Shown here: in pieces, positions 1-8,709 of the stretch
How the letters are laid out: each line of letters starts with the position of its first letter
Numbering within the stretch: position 1 is the stretch's first letter
Source: an uncultured Gemmatimonadales bacterium
Lineage (GTDB): Bacteria; Gemmatimonadota; Gemmatimonadetes; Longimicrobiales; RSA9
DNA: 20,601 bases
Assembly: GCA_963783305.1 (NCBI GenBank)
Contig: CAWAMW010000005.1
Coordinates: 1 to 20,601, forward strand
Reading direction: 5' to 3'
Position numbers and translations under genes: made by a program
Notes under the pieces: model-generated
What the model saw: the letters and a program-made list of their open reading frames with translations, nothing else
What the model was told of the DNA's origin: nothing
Database searches by the model: none

Positions 1-894
1 TCGAAACCCGAGGCGAAAGCCTCGACAATAGGCCCGTAATCCTGCGCCGCAATCCCCGTCCCCTATTCGTGATCGACCTATGTTAACCCATTCCCGTCCC
101 ATACGTCGCCGGAGAGCGCGGACGCTGCGGCGATCGAGGGCAGAGGTGTCGATTTTCTGCAATGCGGCGAGCTTCGCCGCTGATGGATCCCAGTTGGTGG
201 TGGCGTTGGCACCGTGCCGCCTGACCTCGACCAGCACCTCGGGAGTGAACGCCACGGCGCCGTGCTGGAACGCGCGGAGGCAGAAGTGCGTGTCCTCGCC
301 CAGCTTCAGCTCTTCGTCGAAAAGGAGATCGGCGATGGCGTCCGCGCGGAAGGTCATGGCCTGCGTGAATGCCGGGATGTCGCCGAATCGGACGAACGTA
401 TCGAAGGCGGGAGTCGTCACGATACGAGCCCCGAATGCATCCGCGGGCCGGGTAGAGACCTCGCCCAGCTCCCTGTAGAACGGGAACTGCTCCGAGAGGA
501 GGGCGCCGTCCTGTCTGAATCGAACGAAGTTCGTGAAGACGGCGACCACCTCCTCGTGAGACTCCAGCACCGAGAGCGTGCGTTCGAGCATCTGCGGCCG
601 CCACCGGTCGTCCGCGTCCAGGAACGCGATGTACCGGCTCCTGGCATTCCTAAGCCCCACGTTGCGTGCGGAGCTGACGCCCCCGTTGGGTTTTCGAACC
701 ACGCGGACTCGAGGGTCGGTGAAGGAGTCCGCGATGTCGGCCGTTCGATCGGTGGAGCCGTCGTCTACGACGAACACTTCCAGGTCACGGACGCGTTGGG
801 CGAGGACGCTCGACAGCGCCTCCTCGATGAAGTCCTCGGCGTTGAAGGCGGGGATGATCACGGTCACGAGGGGTGCGTCCACGGGGTCTGGCAC
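1..894 (-). CDS. Glycosyltransferase family 2 (GT-A fold), runs off the left edge of the window
   Basis: Not in the ORF track. Manual translation from GTG at 894 gives MPDPVDAPLVTVIIPAFNAEDFIEEALSSVLAQ...VFVVDDGSTD...NGGVSSARNVGL...YIAFLDADDRW...GEDTHF, with no stop before position 1. It starts 1 nt after the TAA of the upstream gene. Confidence 0.92.
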   Translation of the reverse strand, partial: MPDPVDAPLVTVIIPAFNAEDFIEEALSSVLAQRVRDLEVFVVDDGSTDRTADIADSFTDPRVRVVRKPNGGVSSARNVGLRNARSRYIAFLDADDRWRPQMLERTLSVLESHEEVVAVFTNFVRFRQDGALLSEQFPFYRELGEVSTRPADAFGARIVTTPAFDTFVRFGDIPAFTQAMTFRADAIADLLFDEELKLGEDTHFCLRAFQHGAVAFTPEVLVEVRRHGANATTNWDPSAAKLAALQKIDTSALDRRSVRALRRRMGREWVNIGRSRIGDGDCGAGLRAYCRGFRLGFR

Positions 895-895
895 G

Positions 896-1732
896 TTACT
901 CCGGGGAGCGGACGGGGAACGGGCAGGAGTCCAACAGGCCTCGCTGCAGCCCCCGCAGCATCTCCTGGTCAGGTGCCTGCGCCCGGGCAGCCGCGCCTGC
1001 GACCCTGGTGGCCGTGTCCCCTGCCGCCACCTGGTGCTCCAGGTCCACGCTCTGGTAGTAGTCGTGGTACTTCACGCCGTCCCCGCCCGGGTCCTTCATC
1101 GTATCCACCCTTGCCGCGGGCACACCGTAGGCGTGGGCGAAGATGATCCCGTGCAGTGAGCTGGCGACGATGACGTCACAGCCGGCCACCTCCCGCAACA
1201 CAACGGGAAGGGGCGCGGTGATATCGATGACCTTCACCTCTTCCGACCGACTGAACCAGCGCCGGGTCTCCGGCAGGTCCTTGTAGTGAGGGACGAAGCC
1301 GATCCCGCCCTGCGGGGTCGGGGGCATCGCCACGAAGAGCGGCAGGAGGAGCGCCGGATCGCCGTAGACCTCCGGGCAGTCATACCCGTGCTCGAGGAGC
1401 CGTCGGCGGGACAGCGGCCCACGGACGGCCCGGACCTCCTGGGGGCGGGCCACGGGATGGGACCTGCTCATGATTCCGCTGCCCCATATGACGCTGTCTT
1501 CCCGCGCGTAGACCAGGATGCTCCCCGCCGAGAGCATCACGGTCCGCCACGACCGGTTGCTCGGCTGTCGATGGACCGGGTCCTCTCCTGTCAGAGCCCT
1601 GAACAGAAACGGCCCGACCTCGTCCCCGGCGTTCCTGAAGCGTTCGGGTCGCCACCAGTAGAGAGCCCGGGGATCGCGCCTGCGCACGCGGCGCAGGGAG
1701 TAGAGGGCGGCTCGCTTCACAACGCTGGACAC
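896..1732 (-). CDS. Polysaccharide pyruvyl transferase family protein (ExoV-like)
   Basis: Motifs NAGDEVGP, AGSIL, IWGSG, AVRGPLSR, GDPALLLP, IGFVPHY and SSLHGIIFAHAYGVP are typical of this family. Confidence 0.88.
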   Translation of the reverse strand: MSSVVKRAALYSLRRVRRRDPRALYWWRPERFRNAGDEVGPFLFRALTGEDPVHRQPSNRSWRTVMLSAGSILVYAREDSVIWGSGIMSRSHPVARPQEVRAVRGPLSRRRLLEHGYDCPEVYGDPALLLPLFVAMPPTPQGGIGFVPHYKDLPETRRWFSRSEEVKVIDITAPLPVVLREVAGCDVIVASSLHGIIFAHAYGVPAARVDTMKDPGGDGVKYHDYYQSVDLEHQVAAGDTATRVAGAAARAQAPDQEMLRGLQRGLLDSCPFPVRSPE

Positions 1733-1858
1733 GATCGATTTTCGCAGGGGAGGACGTGGGTCATTCTGTTCGAGAATACCGTCAGATTCCCATTTTGCGC
1801 CAGAACGCCAGCGTCCGTCCGCGGGGATCGGCCGCCGCGCTTACGGCCGTAAACGCAG

Positions 1859-1886
1859 GGAGGGGGCGGCTTTCGCCACCCCCTCC
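1859..1886 (-). terminator. GC-rich stem-loop downstream of the lipoprotein gene; possible terminator
   Basis: Minus strand reads GGAGGGGGTGGC-GAAA-GCCGCCCCCTCC (GNRA loop), ~50 nt after the stop at 1934. The U-tract is weak. Confidence 0.5.
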
Positions 1887-1933
1887 TAGTGCGTCATCGG
1901 CCAGAACCAGCGGTGGCCGTGGCCCGTCAGGGC

Positions 1934-3238
1934 TTATGGTGCGTACGAGAAGTACATCGCCCAGTTGCCGGCGCCGAACCCCGTTCCGGCGCCCCAGGCG
2001 GTCTCTTCCCTCATCTCGCCGGGGAGGGTCATGCCGGCGGAGATGTCGGTGAAGGACACGTCCAGGTCGGCCAGCTGCAGGAGCAGGTCGCCATTCGCCG
2101 GGTCCACGATCCACCAGGTGCCCGGGGAGTCGCCGGCGGCGCTCAGCGCCTGCTGGCCGTACAGGGTGCCGTCCGGCCCCAGTGCCACCTGGAGCATGAA
2201 GTTGTAGTCCAGGGACTTGTCGATGAAGGTGTTGCTGCAGTCGCCCAGGTCGACCACGAAGAACTGGGTGATACCAAAGACCTTCCCGCTCCCGTACACG
2301 ATCCCATCGGGGCTCACGGCGATGTCGCCGAACTGGATCCGGCCGGGAGCGTTGGTGAGCTCACAGGCCACGCTGCTCGCCCCCATGGTCCCGTCGGCGT
2401 TGATGGGCGCCACCCTGAGCGTGGTGCTCATGTTCTGGATGTAGTAGTACGAGTCCCCCATGATGGACGCGTTGTAGATGGGCGACTGCGCCAGGTGGCC
2501 GGCGTACACGGGAGCGCCGCCCGCGCCGAGGTCGTAATAGTAGATGTCGGTCCCGGCACCGTCCTGCACACTGAAGTAGAGGCGGTCGCTGGCCGCGTGC
2601 AGCGCGAGGCCGTTGGGGGAGAAGACGTCAGTCGAGGGGTCGGTCACGCTCTGCAGCAGGGTGACCACGCCCGTGACGGGGTTGAAGGAGTAGATGTCGC
2701 CGTCCGACAGGCCATCGGAGTTGACGCCATCCTTCACGCCGTAGAGGAGGAAGTCGCCGCTCCCGGCGCCGCCACTCTCGACCACCGCGTGGGCGGCGAT
2801 CATCCACTCGCCGTCCGGCGCCGGGGGGGCGGGGACGGTTTCGGACCACTCCGTCAGACAGGCGATGTCATCGTCGCCGTAGGGGAACTGTCCGACCTTC
2901 GGGTTGCCCTTCTTGTTCAGGTACCCCTCGGTCTGGAAGTCTTCGAAGTCGTCGACCACCGCGAAATGGGTCTCGGTGAGGCACCAGCCGGGTTCGTCGA
3001 TCACGTACGTGATGGTCAGCTCACCGCCGACGGGACCGGAGACCATGACGTAGCCGACGTCCATGTTCTGACCGGCAATCAGGTCGACCATACCGCCGTC
3101 GGTGCTGATGAGGGCGCTGCTGCCGATGGAGCTCGAGCCGGGTCCGAGGAGCCCCTGGTCGGGGGCCATGATGCCATCCGAGCAGGCGGCGCCCACGGTG
3201 AGCGACAATGCAAGGGTGAGGAGAGTCTTGCGGTTCAT
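1934..3238 (-). CDS. Secreted lipoprotein with an internal beta-propeller-like region
   Basis: ATG at 3238 is preceded by GGAGG. Signal peptide MNRKTLLTLALSLTVGAA-C has a lipobox Cys. Blade-like repeats include SPNGLAL..DRLYF, FGDIAVSPDGIVYG and LQVALGPDGTLYG. Confidence 0.8.
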   Translation of the reverse strand: MNRKTLLTLALSLTVGAACSDGIMAPDQGLLGPGSSSIGSSALISTDGGMVDLIAGQNMDVGYVMVSGPVGGELTITYVIDEPGWCLTETHFAVVDDFEDFQTEGYLNKKGNPKVGQFPYGDDDIACLTEWSETVPAPPAPDGEWMIAAHAVVESGGAGSGDFLLYGVKDGVNSDGLSDGDIYSFNPVTGVVTLLQSVTDPSTDVFSPNGLALHAASDRLYFSVQDGAGTDIYYYDLGAGGAPVYAGHLAQSPIYNASIMGDSYYYIQNMSTTLRVAPINADGTMGASSVACELTNAPGRIQFGDIAVSPDGIVYGSGKVFGITQFFVVDLGDCSNTFIDKSLDYNFMLQVALGPDGTLYGQQALSAAGDSPGTWWIVDPANGDLLLQLADLDVSFTDISAGMTLPGEMREETAWGAGTGFGAGNWAMYFSYAP

Positions 3239-3345
3239 AACATCCTCCGGGGGGCAGTACATGAGTCGCCCGTCGCGGCGTCCTGCGTCGGGCGGGCGCG
3301 GTCAGGAGCAGATACTCCTGCGGGGCGGGCGAACCCCCACGAGGC

Positions 3346-3361
3346 TGCACGCGGTGTGCCC
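3346..3361 (-). promoter_or_regulatory. Putative sigma54 (-24/-12) promoter of the lipoprotein gene
   Basis: Minus strand GGGCACACCGCGTGCA fits GG-N10-GC with GGCAC and TGCA, ~110 nt upstream of ATG 3238. Confidence 0.6.
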
Positions 3362-3392
3362 TGCCCCCCCCCACCTCGACCGTGCTCCATGG

Positions 3393-3431
3393 TGTGGGCT
3401 GGCGGCCACACCGTGTTGCAACGCCGCCACG
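3393..3431. promoter_or_regulatory. Tandem 18-bp palindromic boxes (candidate enhancer-binding-protein sites)
   Basis: TGTGGG-CTGGCG-GCCACA (3393-3410) and TGTTGC-AACGCC-GCCACG (3414-3431), at a 21-bp period. Confidence 0.55.
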
Positions 3432-3444
3432 AACCGCTTCGGCT

Positions 3445-4623
3445 TCACCTCAGCCGATGCAGCACTCGTTCGATCCGCTCCAGGTCCCGCTCGGCCAGGT
3501 GCGAGTGTGTGGGCGCGGTGAACAGCTCACGAGCCAGGGCGGCCGCGCCGGGAGTGGGGCCGGTGTCCGTGGCCGTGCCATTGAGGACTTCGAGGGCGGG
3601 CAGCGGTCGCGGGTAGCTCGGCAGGATCCCGAGCCGTCGCGCACGGGAGTCCAGGAGCGGCTCGGACGCCATCCCGGGTATCCGAAACGGGAGCCGAAGG
3701 TAGCCGGGCTCGCCGCGTTCCGGGAACGGCCGCGCCGCGACCGCGTCCGGGAGCGCGGTCCGGATCCGTGCGGCGTGGGCGCGGCGGGTCCCGGCCTCCC
3801 GCTCGGCGGCAGCGTCGGAGGCGAGGAGGACTCGGGCGGCGCTCGCCAGCATGCGCTGGACGGGCGCGGGCGGGTGGTAGACCGTTCGACCCAGGCCGAG
3901 CCATGGCAGCGCCGTGGGCAGCGCGTAGAGGCCCGGTCGCCCCAGGAGCCACTGCGCTCCGAGTTTGGCCAGCGCGGCGAGGCCGCTCCCCGCATCGTCG
4001 AGCTCCAGGGCGGCCGGGGGCGCGGCGAGGTCGGCCGCAGCGCCGCGCAGCAGGAGCGCACCGCCCCCGCCACCCGTCCACCCCTTCCCCCGGCCGAAGC
4101 TGAGCACGCTCAGCGGCGCGAGACTGCCCAGACGACGGCCGTCCAGCGATCCGCCGTGGGCCTGTGCGGCATCCTCGATCACCCACGTGCCGCGTGGCGC
4201 GGCGGCCACGAGCGGTGCGATGGGAGTGGGGATGCCGAAATGGTGGACGGCGACAAGGGCGGCCGGATCGGCGTCGACGGCGCGCTGAAGGGAGGCGGCG
4301 TCCGGGAGCAGGGTGTCGGGGTCCAGGTCGTAGAACGCCGGGCTGATGCCGGCGCCCACCGCGGCGCTGACGATGTCGTAGCAGGTGTAGGCGGGCAGCG
4401 CGGCGGTGTCCCGTCCTGATGCGGAGCGGGCGAGGGAGAGTGCGAGCTGGAGCGCCTGGGTGCCGCTGCCACAGAGGATCACACGATCGGCGCTGAACCG
4501 CTCCGCCAGCAGGCGTTCGAGCTGCTGCGTCGGATTCCGAGGGCTGCGGGTGAGCACGGCGCGGAGCGCGGCGGCGGCGTCGACGGGGGAGTGGACGGGC
4601 GGAAGGCGTCGTAGGGACGGCAT
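3445..4623 (-). CDS. DegT/DnrJ/EryC1/StrS family PLP-dependent (sugar) aminotransferase
   Basis: Motifs SGTQALQLAL, LPAYTC, VHHFG, IEDAAQAHG and SFGRGKGWTGGGGG (PLP lysine region), with C-terminal LFTAPTH. Confidence 0.85.
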   Translation of the reverse strand: MPSLRRLPPVHSPVDAAAALRAVLTRSPRNPTQQLERLLAERFSADRVILCGSGTQALQLALSLARSASGRDTAALPAYTCYDIVSAAVGAGISPAFYDLDPDTLLPDAASLQRAVDADPAALVAVHHFGIPTPIAPLVAAAPRGTWVIEDAAQAHGGSLDGRRLGSLAPLSVLSFGRGKGWTGGGGGALLLRGAAADLAAPPAALELDDAGSGLAALAKLGAQWLLGRPGLYALPTALPWLGLGRTVYHPPAPVQRMLASAARVLLASDAAAEREAGTRRAHAARIRTALPDAVAARPFPERGEPGYLRLPFRIPGMASEPLLDSRARRLGILPSYPRPLPALEVLNGTATDTGPTPGAAALARELFTAPTHSHLAERDLERIERVLHRLR

Positions 4624-4761
4624 GGGGGACCAACCTACCCCGGGACGTGGAGCGGGCGCCAGAAGACGGCTGCCGGGCGTGGGGTGAAGCTCAGATCTTG
4701 CAGGCCGTCGTGGCGGAGGCCCGCGCTCCCGCCTCTCTCTCTCACCAAACCCGAGACGCCA

Positions 4762-6117
4762 ATGATCCGGTCACGAACGGCCATTCCGCTCCTCTTCCTC
4801 GTCTCCCTGGCCGGATGCGCCGCTCCGGCCGTCGATCCCGGGATCGTGGCGCGGGCTGCGGACCGGGAGCTCACGGTGGACGAGGGCGCGGCGATCCTGG
4901 CCGCCGGCCCGGATCTCCCCGCCAGTCCCGAGGTGGCCACAGCGCTGGCCGACCTGTGGATCGACTACGTGCTTCTGGGGATCGCGGTGGCGGAGGACAC
5001 GTCGCTGTCGCAGCTGGACGTGGCGCCGCTGGTGCGGCAGCAGGCGGAGCAGGCCATGATCACGGCTCTGCGCGACTCGGTCCTCGGCGGCGCCGAGCCC
5101 ATCGACGAGGTGGAGCTGCGGGGGCGGTACGAAGCGGAGGCGGCCGGCTCGGAGGTCCGGGTGAGCCATATCCTGCGGACGCTGCCCCCGGGTGCCACGG
5201 CGGCGCAGCGCGACAGCGTGGTGGAGGGGGTGCGGGACCTCCGACGTCAGATCGTGGAGGGAGCCGAGGACTTCGACTCGGCGGCCCGTCGCTACAGCGA
5301 GGATCCCGGCACGGCCGGGCGTGGCGGGGAGCTTGGATTCGTTGTTCCGGGCGAGCTCCCAGCGCGGCTGGCGGAAGCCGTGTCGGGGCTGGAGCCGGGC
5401 GGGGTGAGCGAGCCGATCGTCACCGAAGCGGGGGTGCACCTGGTGCGGGTCGAGGAGCGGCGGACGCCCACGCCGGAGGCGTTCCGTGCGCGAGTGGAGG
5501 ACCGGCGGGTGGCGGTGGCCGAGTCGACGTACCTGGCGGAGCTCCGGGAGCGCGCGGCGGTGCGGGTGCAGGAGGGCGCCGCCGAGCGCGTCCGGGAGCT
5601 GGCCCGCGGCACCGCGGACACGACGACTTTCGCCGGACAGAGGGCGCTCGTTCGCTACACCGACGGGGAGATCACGGCCGCGGAGGTCCGCGAGTTCCTG
5701 GGGAGCCGGACGCCGCTGTACCGCTCCCAGGTCGCCGGGGCTCCCGACTCGCTGATCCACCGCCAGATCCTCGAGCCCCTGGTTCAGCGGGAGCTGCTGG
5801 TGCGCGAGGCGGAGCGAGAGGGGTGGGCGGTGTCGGACGAGACGCTGGAGCCGATCCCGGCCGCGGCGCGGGCGAGCATCCGCTCGATGGCGCGGCAGCT
5901 CGGGCTCTACCCGGTGTCCGCGGAGCCCGAGAGCGAGTATGCGGATGAGGTGGAAAACAGGGTCCACGCGCTGCTCACCGCCGTCGTCGGGGGGGAGCGG
6001 CAGGCGCCTCCGCTGGGCGCCATCTCCACCCTGTTGCGCGGGCGCTACCCCGCCGACGTTTCGGCCGCCGGAATCGAGGCTCTCGTCTCCGCCATGCAGG
6101 CGCGGACCGACTCCTGA
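4762..6117 (+). CDS. Parvulin/PpiC-type peptidyl-prolyl isomerase lipoprotein (SurA/PrsA/EpsD-like)
   Basis: ATG at 4762 gives MIRSRTAIPLLFLVSLAG-C (lipobox). Rotamase motifs are VRVSHIL, FDSAARRYSEDPGT..RGGELG and VSEPIVTEAGVHLVRV. Confidence 0.88.
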   Translation: MIRSRTAIPLLFLVSLAGCAAPAVDPGIVARAADRELTVDEGAAILAAGPDLPASPEVATALADLWIDYVLLGIAVAEDTSLSQLDVAPLVRQQAEQAMITALRDSVLGGAEPIDEVELRGRYEAEAAGSEVRVSHILRTLPPGATAAQRDSVVEGVRDLRRQIVEGAEDFDSAARRYSEDPGTAGRGGELGFVVPGELPARLAEAVSGLEPGGVSEPIVTEAGVHLVRVEERRTPTPEAFRARVEDRRVAVAESTYLAELRERAAVRVQEGAAERVRELARGTADTTTFAGQRALVRYTDGEITAAEVREFLGSRTPLYRSQVAGAPDSLIHRQILEPLVQRELLVREAEREGWAVSDETLEPIPAAARASIRSMARQLGLYPVSAEPESEYADEVENRVHALLTAVVGGERQAPPLGAISTLLRGRYPADVSAAGIEALVSAMQARTDS

Positions 6118-6130
6118 GGCGGCACCGGTA

Positions 6131-6169
6131 CGTGTCGCTGGCTCCACAGGCTGTGGCACCGATCCAACG
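6131..6169. promoter_or_regulatory. Degenerate tandem 18-bp boxes upstream of the PEP-CTERM/vWA gene
   Basis: CGTGTC-GCTGGC-TCCACA (6131-6148) and TGTGGC-ACCGAT-CCAACG (6152-6169). Same 21-bp period and CCACA-NNN-TGT junction as at 3393-3431. Confidence 0.45.
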
Positions 6170-6248
6170 GAACGGCGGCGGGAGGGAACGGGCGGAAAGC
6201 GTCGCCATTTTCCGCCGCGGGGAGTAGAACGAGAATCATTCCTGGGCA

Positions 6249-6264
6249 CGGAATGGCGGTTGCA
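6249..6264 (+). promoter_or_regulatory. Putative sigma54 promoter
   Basis: CGGAATGGCGGTTGCA fits GG-N10-GC with TTGCA, 80 nt upstream of ATG 6344. Confidence 0.45.
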
Positions 6265-6343
6265 CTTCCTGGGCGGTGATCCCCCCGGTCGGATAGCTCG
6301 CAGTGAGCGGTCGGGCCGTCATCCCGTTACACGAGGAGTCTCT

Positions 6344-7429
6344 ATGCGACGAACCTTCCGATCACTGGCAGGCCTGGCCGCGGCTGCCGCGCTGGTCCCC
6401 GCCTTTACCATCGGCGCGGGCGCCCAGTCCATCGACCCATCGACGTTCAGCGGAACGCTCGGTGTGGGCGAGAGCGTCACGATCAACAAGACCATCACGG
6501 TGGGCGAGTTCGGCGCCACCACGGTCGACCTGTTCTTCCTGGCGGACAACACGGGGAGCATGGGCGGCATCATCACCGAGGCACAGAGTGGCGCTACGTC
6601 AATCATGAACGCGCTGGTTGGCGACTACCATTTCGGGGCGGGCCGGTATCTGGGTGACCCGTTCGAGGGAGTCGCCCCGGCGTCCGCCTACTCGGAGGAC
6701 ACGGGTCTGACGGCCAGCAAGGTGGCGGTCCAGGCCGGGATCGACAGCTGGACCGCCGGCGGTGGTGGTGACACACCGGAGGCGAACTTCTACGCGCTGC
6801 AGCAGGTGGCGAACACCGCTGCCTGGCGCGCCGAGGCGCAGCGGTTGATCGTCTGGTTCGGTGACGCGCCATCGCACACGGAGACCACCACCTCGGCCCA
6901 GGCCATCGCGGCGCTCCAGGCTGCGAACGCAAAGGTCATCGCGTTCAACAGCGGGTCCGCGGGTAACGGGATCGATGGGAGTTATGGTGCTTCCACGAAC
7001 CAGGCCAGCGGTATTGTCGCCGGCGCCGGCGGGTCGCTGACGAACAACTTCAGTCTCCTGAGCGGGGCGGACTTCGTGAACGCGGTCACCGCCCAGATCG
7101 ATGCGGCGACGTCATCGATCGACCTCATCTTCGGCACCAACTTCCTCGGCACGGGTCTGAGCCTGGCGTTCGCGTGCACGGACCCGCTCGGCTGTACGGG
7201 CGTGGGTGCGGGTGAGTCCCGTATGTTCGACCTGACCATCACGGGCCTGGAGGTCGGGGAATACGACTTCGAGGTGTTCGCGCAGGGCGTGGATGCGGTC
7301 GAGACCGACTTCATCCGGGTAACGGGCGGCACGCCAGTGCCGGAGCCGGCCACCATGCTGCTGCTGGGCACGGGGCTGTTCGGTGTGGCGTTCGTCGGTC
7401 GCCGTCGTCGCAAGGACGAGGTAGTCTGA
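6344..7429 (+). CDS. PEP-CTERM sorting-domain protein with a vWA (integrin-beta-like) domain
   Basis: GAGGAG RBS precedes ATG 6344, followed by the signal peptide MRRTFRSLAGLAAAAALVPAFTIGAGA. MIDAS-like DLFFLADNTGSM, GGGDTPEA and WR..AQRLIVWFGDAPSH are present. The C-terminus is VPEPATMLLLGTGLFGVAFVGRRRRK. Confidence 0.93.
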   Translation: MRRTFRSLAGLAAAAALVPAFTIGAGAQSIDPSTFSGTLGVGESVTINKTITVGEFGATTVDLFFLADNTGSMGGIITEAQSGATSIMNALVGDYHFGAGRYLGDPFEGVAPASAYSEDTGLTASKVAVQAGIDSWTAGGGGDTPEANFYALQQVANTAAWRAEAQRLIVWFGDAPSHTETTTSAQAIAALQAANAKVIAFNSGSAGNGIDGSYGASTNQASGIVAGAGGSLTNNFSLLSGADFVNAVTAQIDAATSSIDLIFGTNFLGTGLSLAFACTDPLGCTGVGAGESRMFDLTITGLEVGEYDFEVFAQGVDAVETDFIRVTGGTPVPEPATMLLLGTGLFGVAFVGRRRRKDEVV

Positions 7430-7463
7430 CGGTACCCCGTAGCCGGTGACATCGGCTGATACG

Positions 7464-7509
7464 AAAACGGCCCCGGCGGCAGGAAGGTTCCTGCCGCCGG
7501 GGCCGTTTT
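7464..7509. terminator. Bidirectional intrinsic terminator
   Basis: Perfect inverted repeat AAAACGGCCCCGGCGGCAGGAA-GG-TTCCTGCCGCCGGGGCCGTTTT between convergent genes, with T-tracts on both strands. Confidence 0.9.
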
Positions 7510-7545
7510 ATTTGGATCGGCGGAAGCGCCACCGTGAGGACAGGC

Positions 7546-8695
7546 TCAAAACCCCATGTCGCGGGCCAGCAGCGCGCGCTGGATCTCCGAGGTGCCGGAG
7601 TAGAGGGTGCCACCCACGGCGTCGCGCAGCTCGCGCTCCACCTCGAACTCCGTGGTGAAGCCGTAGCCACCACGCACCTGGATGGCATCGAGCGCCGACT
7701 GCACGCAGGCCTCGCTGATGTGCAGCTTGGCGAGGGCGGACATGGCCGCGGCCTCCCGACTGCCGTTCTGCTTCAGCCATGTGGCGCGGTAGAGGAGGAG
7801 CCGGCTGGACTCCAGCCGGACGCGCATGTTGGCGAGCCGGTTGTTCACCGCCTGGAACTCACCGATGCGGCGCCCGAACTGCTCCCGCTCGCCCGCGTAG
7901 CGGATCGCGCCCTCCAGCTGACGCCCCATGGCCCCCACGGCGCCCGCCAGGATGCAGCTGCGCTCCCATTCCATGGAGTCGTTGAAGAGGAGCCCGCCGC
8001 GGCCCTCGCGGCCCAGCCGGTTCTCCACCGGGACGCGGCAGCCGTCGAGGACGAGCTCGGCCATGGGGGAGGTCCGGAGCCCCATCTTGTGGATGGCGTC
8101 GCTGACCGACACGCCTTCCAGCGAGTCTCTCGACGAGGAACCCGGTGATCCCACCCGGACCCAGCTCCGGGTCCAGCGTCGCGAAGACCAGGAACAGATC
8201 CGCGACCGGGGCTTCGCTGACGAAGGTCTTGGTGCCGGTCAGCACATAATGGTCGCCGTCGCGCACCGCCCGGGTCCGGAGGGAGAACGCGTCGGAGCCG
8301 GAGCCCGGCTCCGACATGCCGTGGGCGCCGATCCACTCGCCGGTGCACAGGCGGGTGAGGTATCGCTCCCGCTGCGGCTCGGTCCCGTGCCGAAAGATCG
8401 GCATCTGCACACTCCACATCTGAGCGCCGATGCCGAACACCAGCCCCGCGTCCTTGCAGCCGTGCCCCAGCGCCTCGATGGCGAGGACGGCGGTCAGCGG
8501 CTCCTGGCCGCTGCCCCCGTACTCGGTCGGGAACGGCAGCCCCTGGACGCCCATCGCCGCGCAGCGGTTCCACAGCTCCCGTGAGAACTCGTTGTCGTGA
8601 TCGCGCTGGATCAGGTCGTCCTGCAGCTGCTCCCGGGCCAGCCGCGCCACGGCGTCCCGGATCTCCAGCTGCTCGTCGGACCAGGAAAAATCCAT
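7546..8695 (-). CDS. Acyl-CoA dehydrogenase-family protein, prolyl-carrier-protein dehydrogenase type (AnaB/PltE/RedW/CloN3-like); one frameshift near 8128
   Basis: ATG at 8695 (MDFSWSDEQLEIRDAV...GCKDAGLVF...SEPGSGSD...GTKTFVS...GITGFLVER) continues after a shift in a GAGAGA run into DSLEGVSVSDAIHKMGLRTSP...SMEWERSCILAGAVG...QFGRRIGEFQ...GGYGF...YSGTSEIQR. Confidence 0.88.
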
Positions 8696-8709
8696 GCCTT
8701 CTCCTTCTC

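Noticed and set aside
8120..8135. Programmed frameshift or phase variation at the GAGAGA run in the dehydrogenase
   Set aside because: The run is too short for a contingency locus, and many similar indels nearby point to sequence error.
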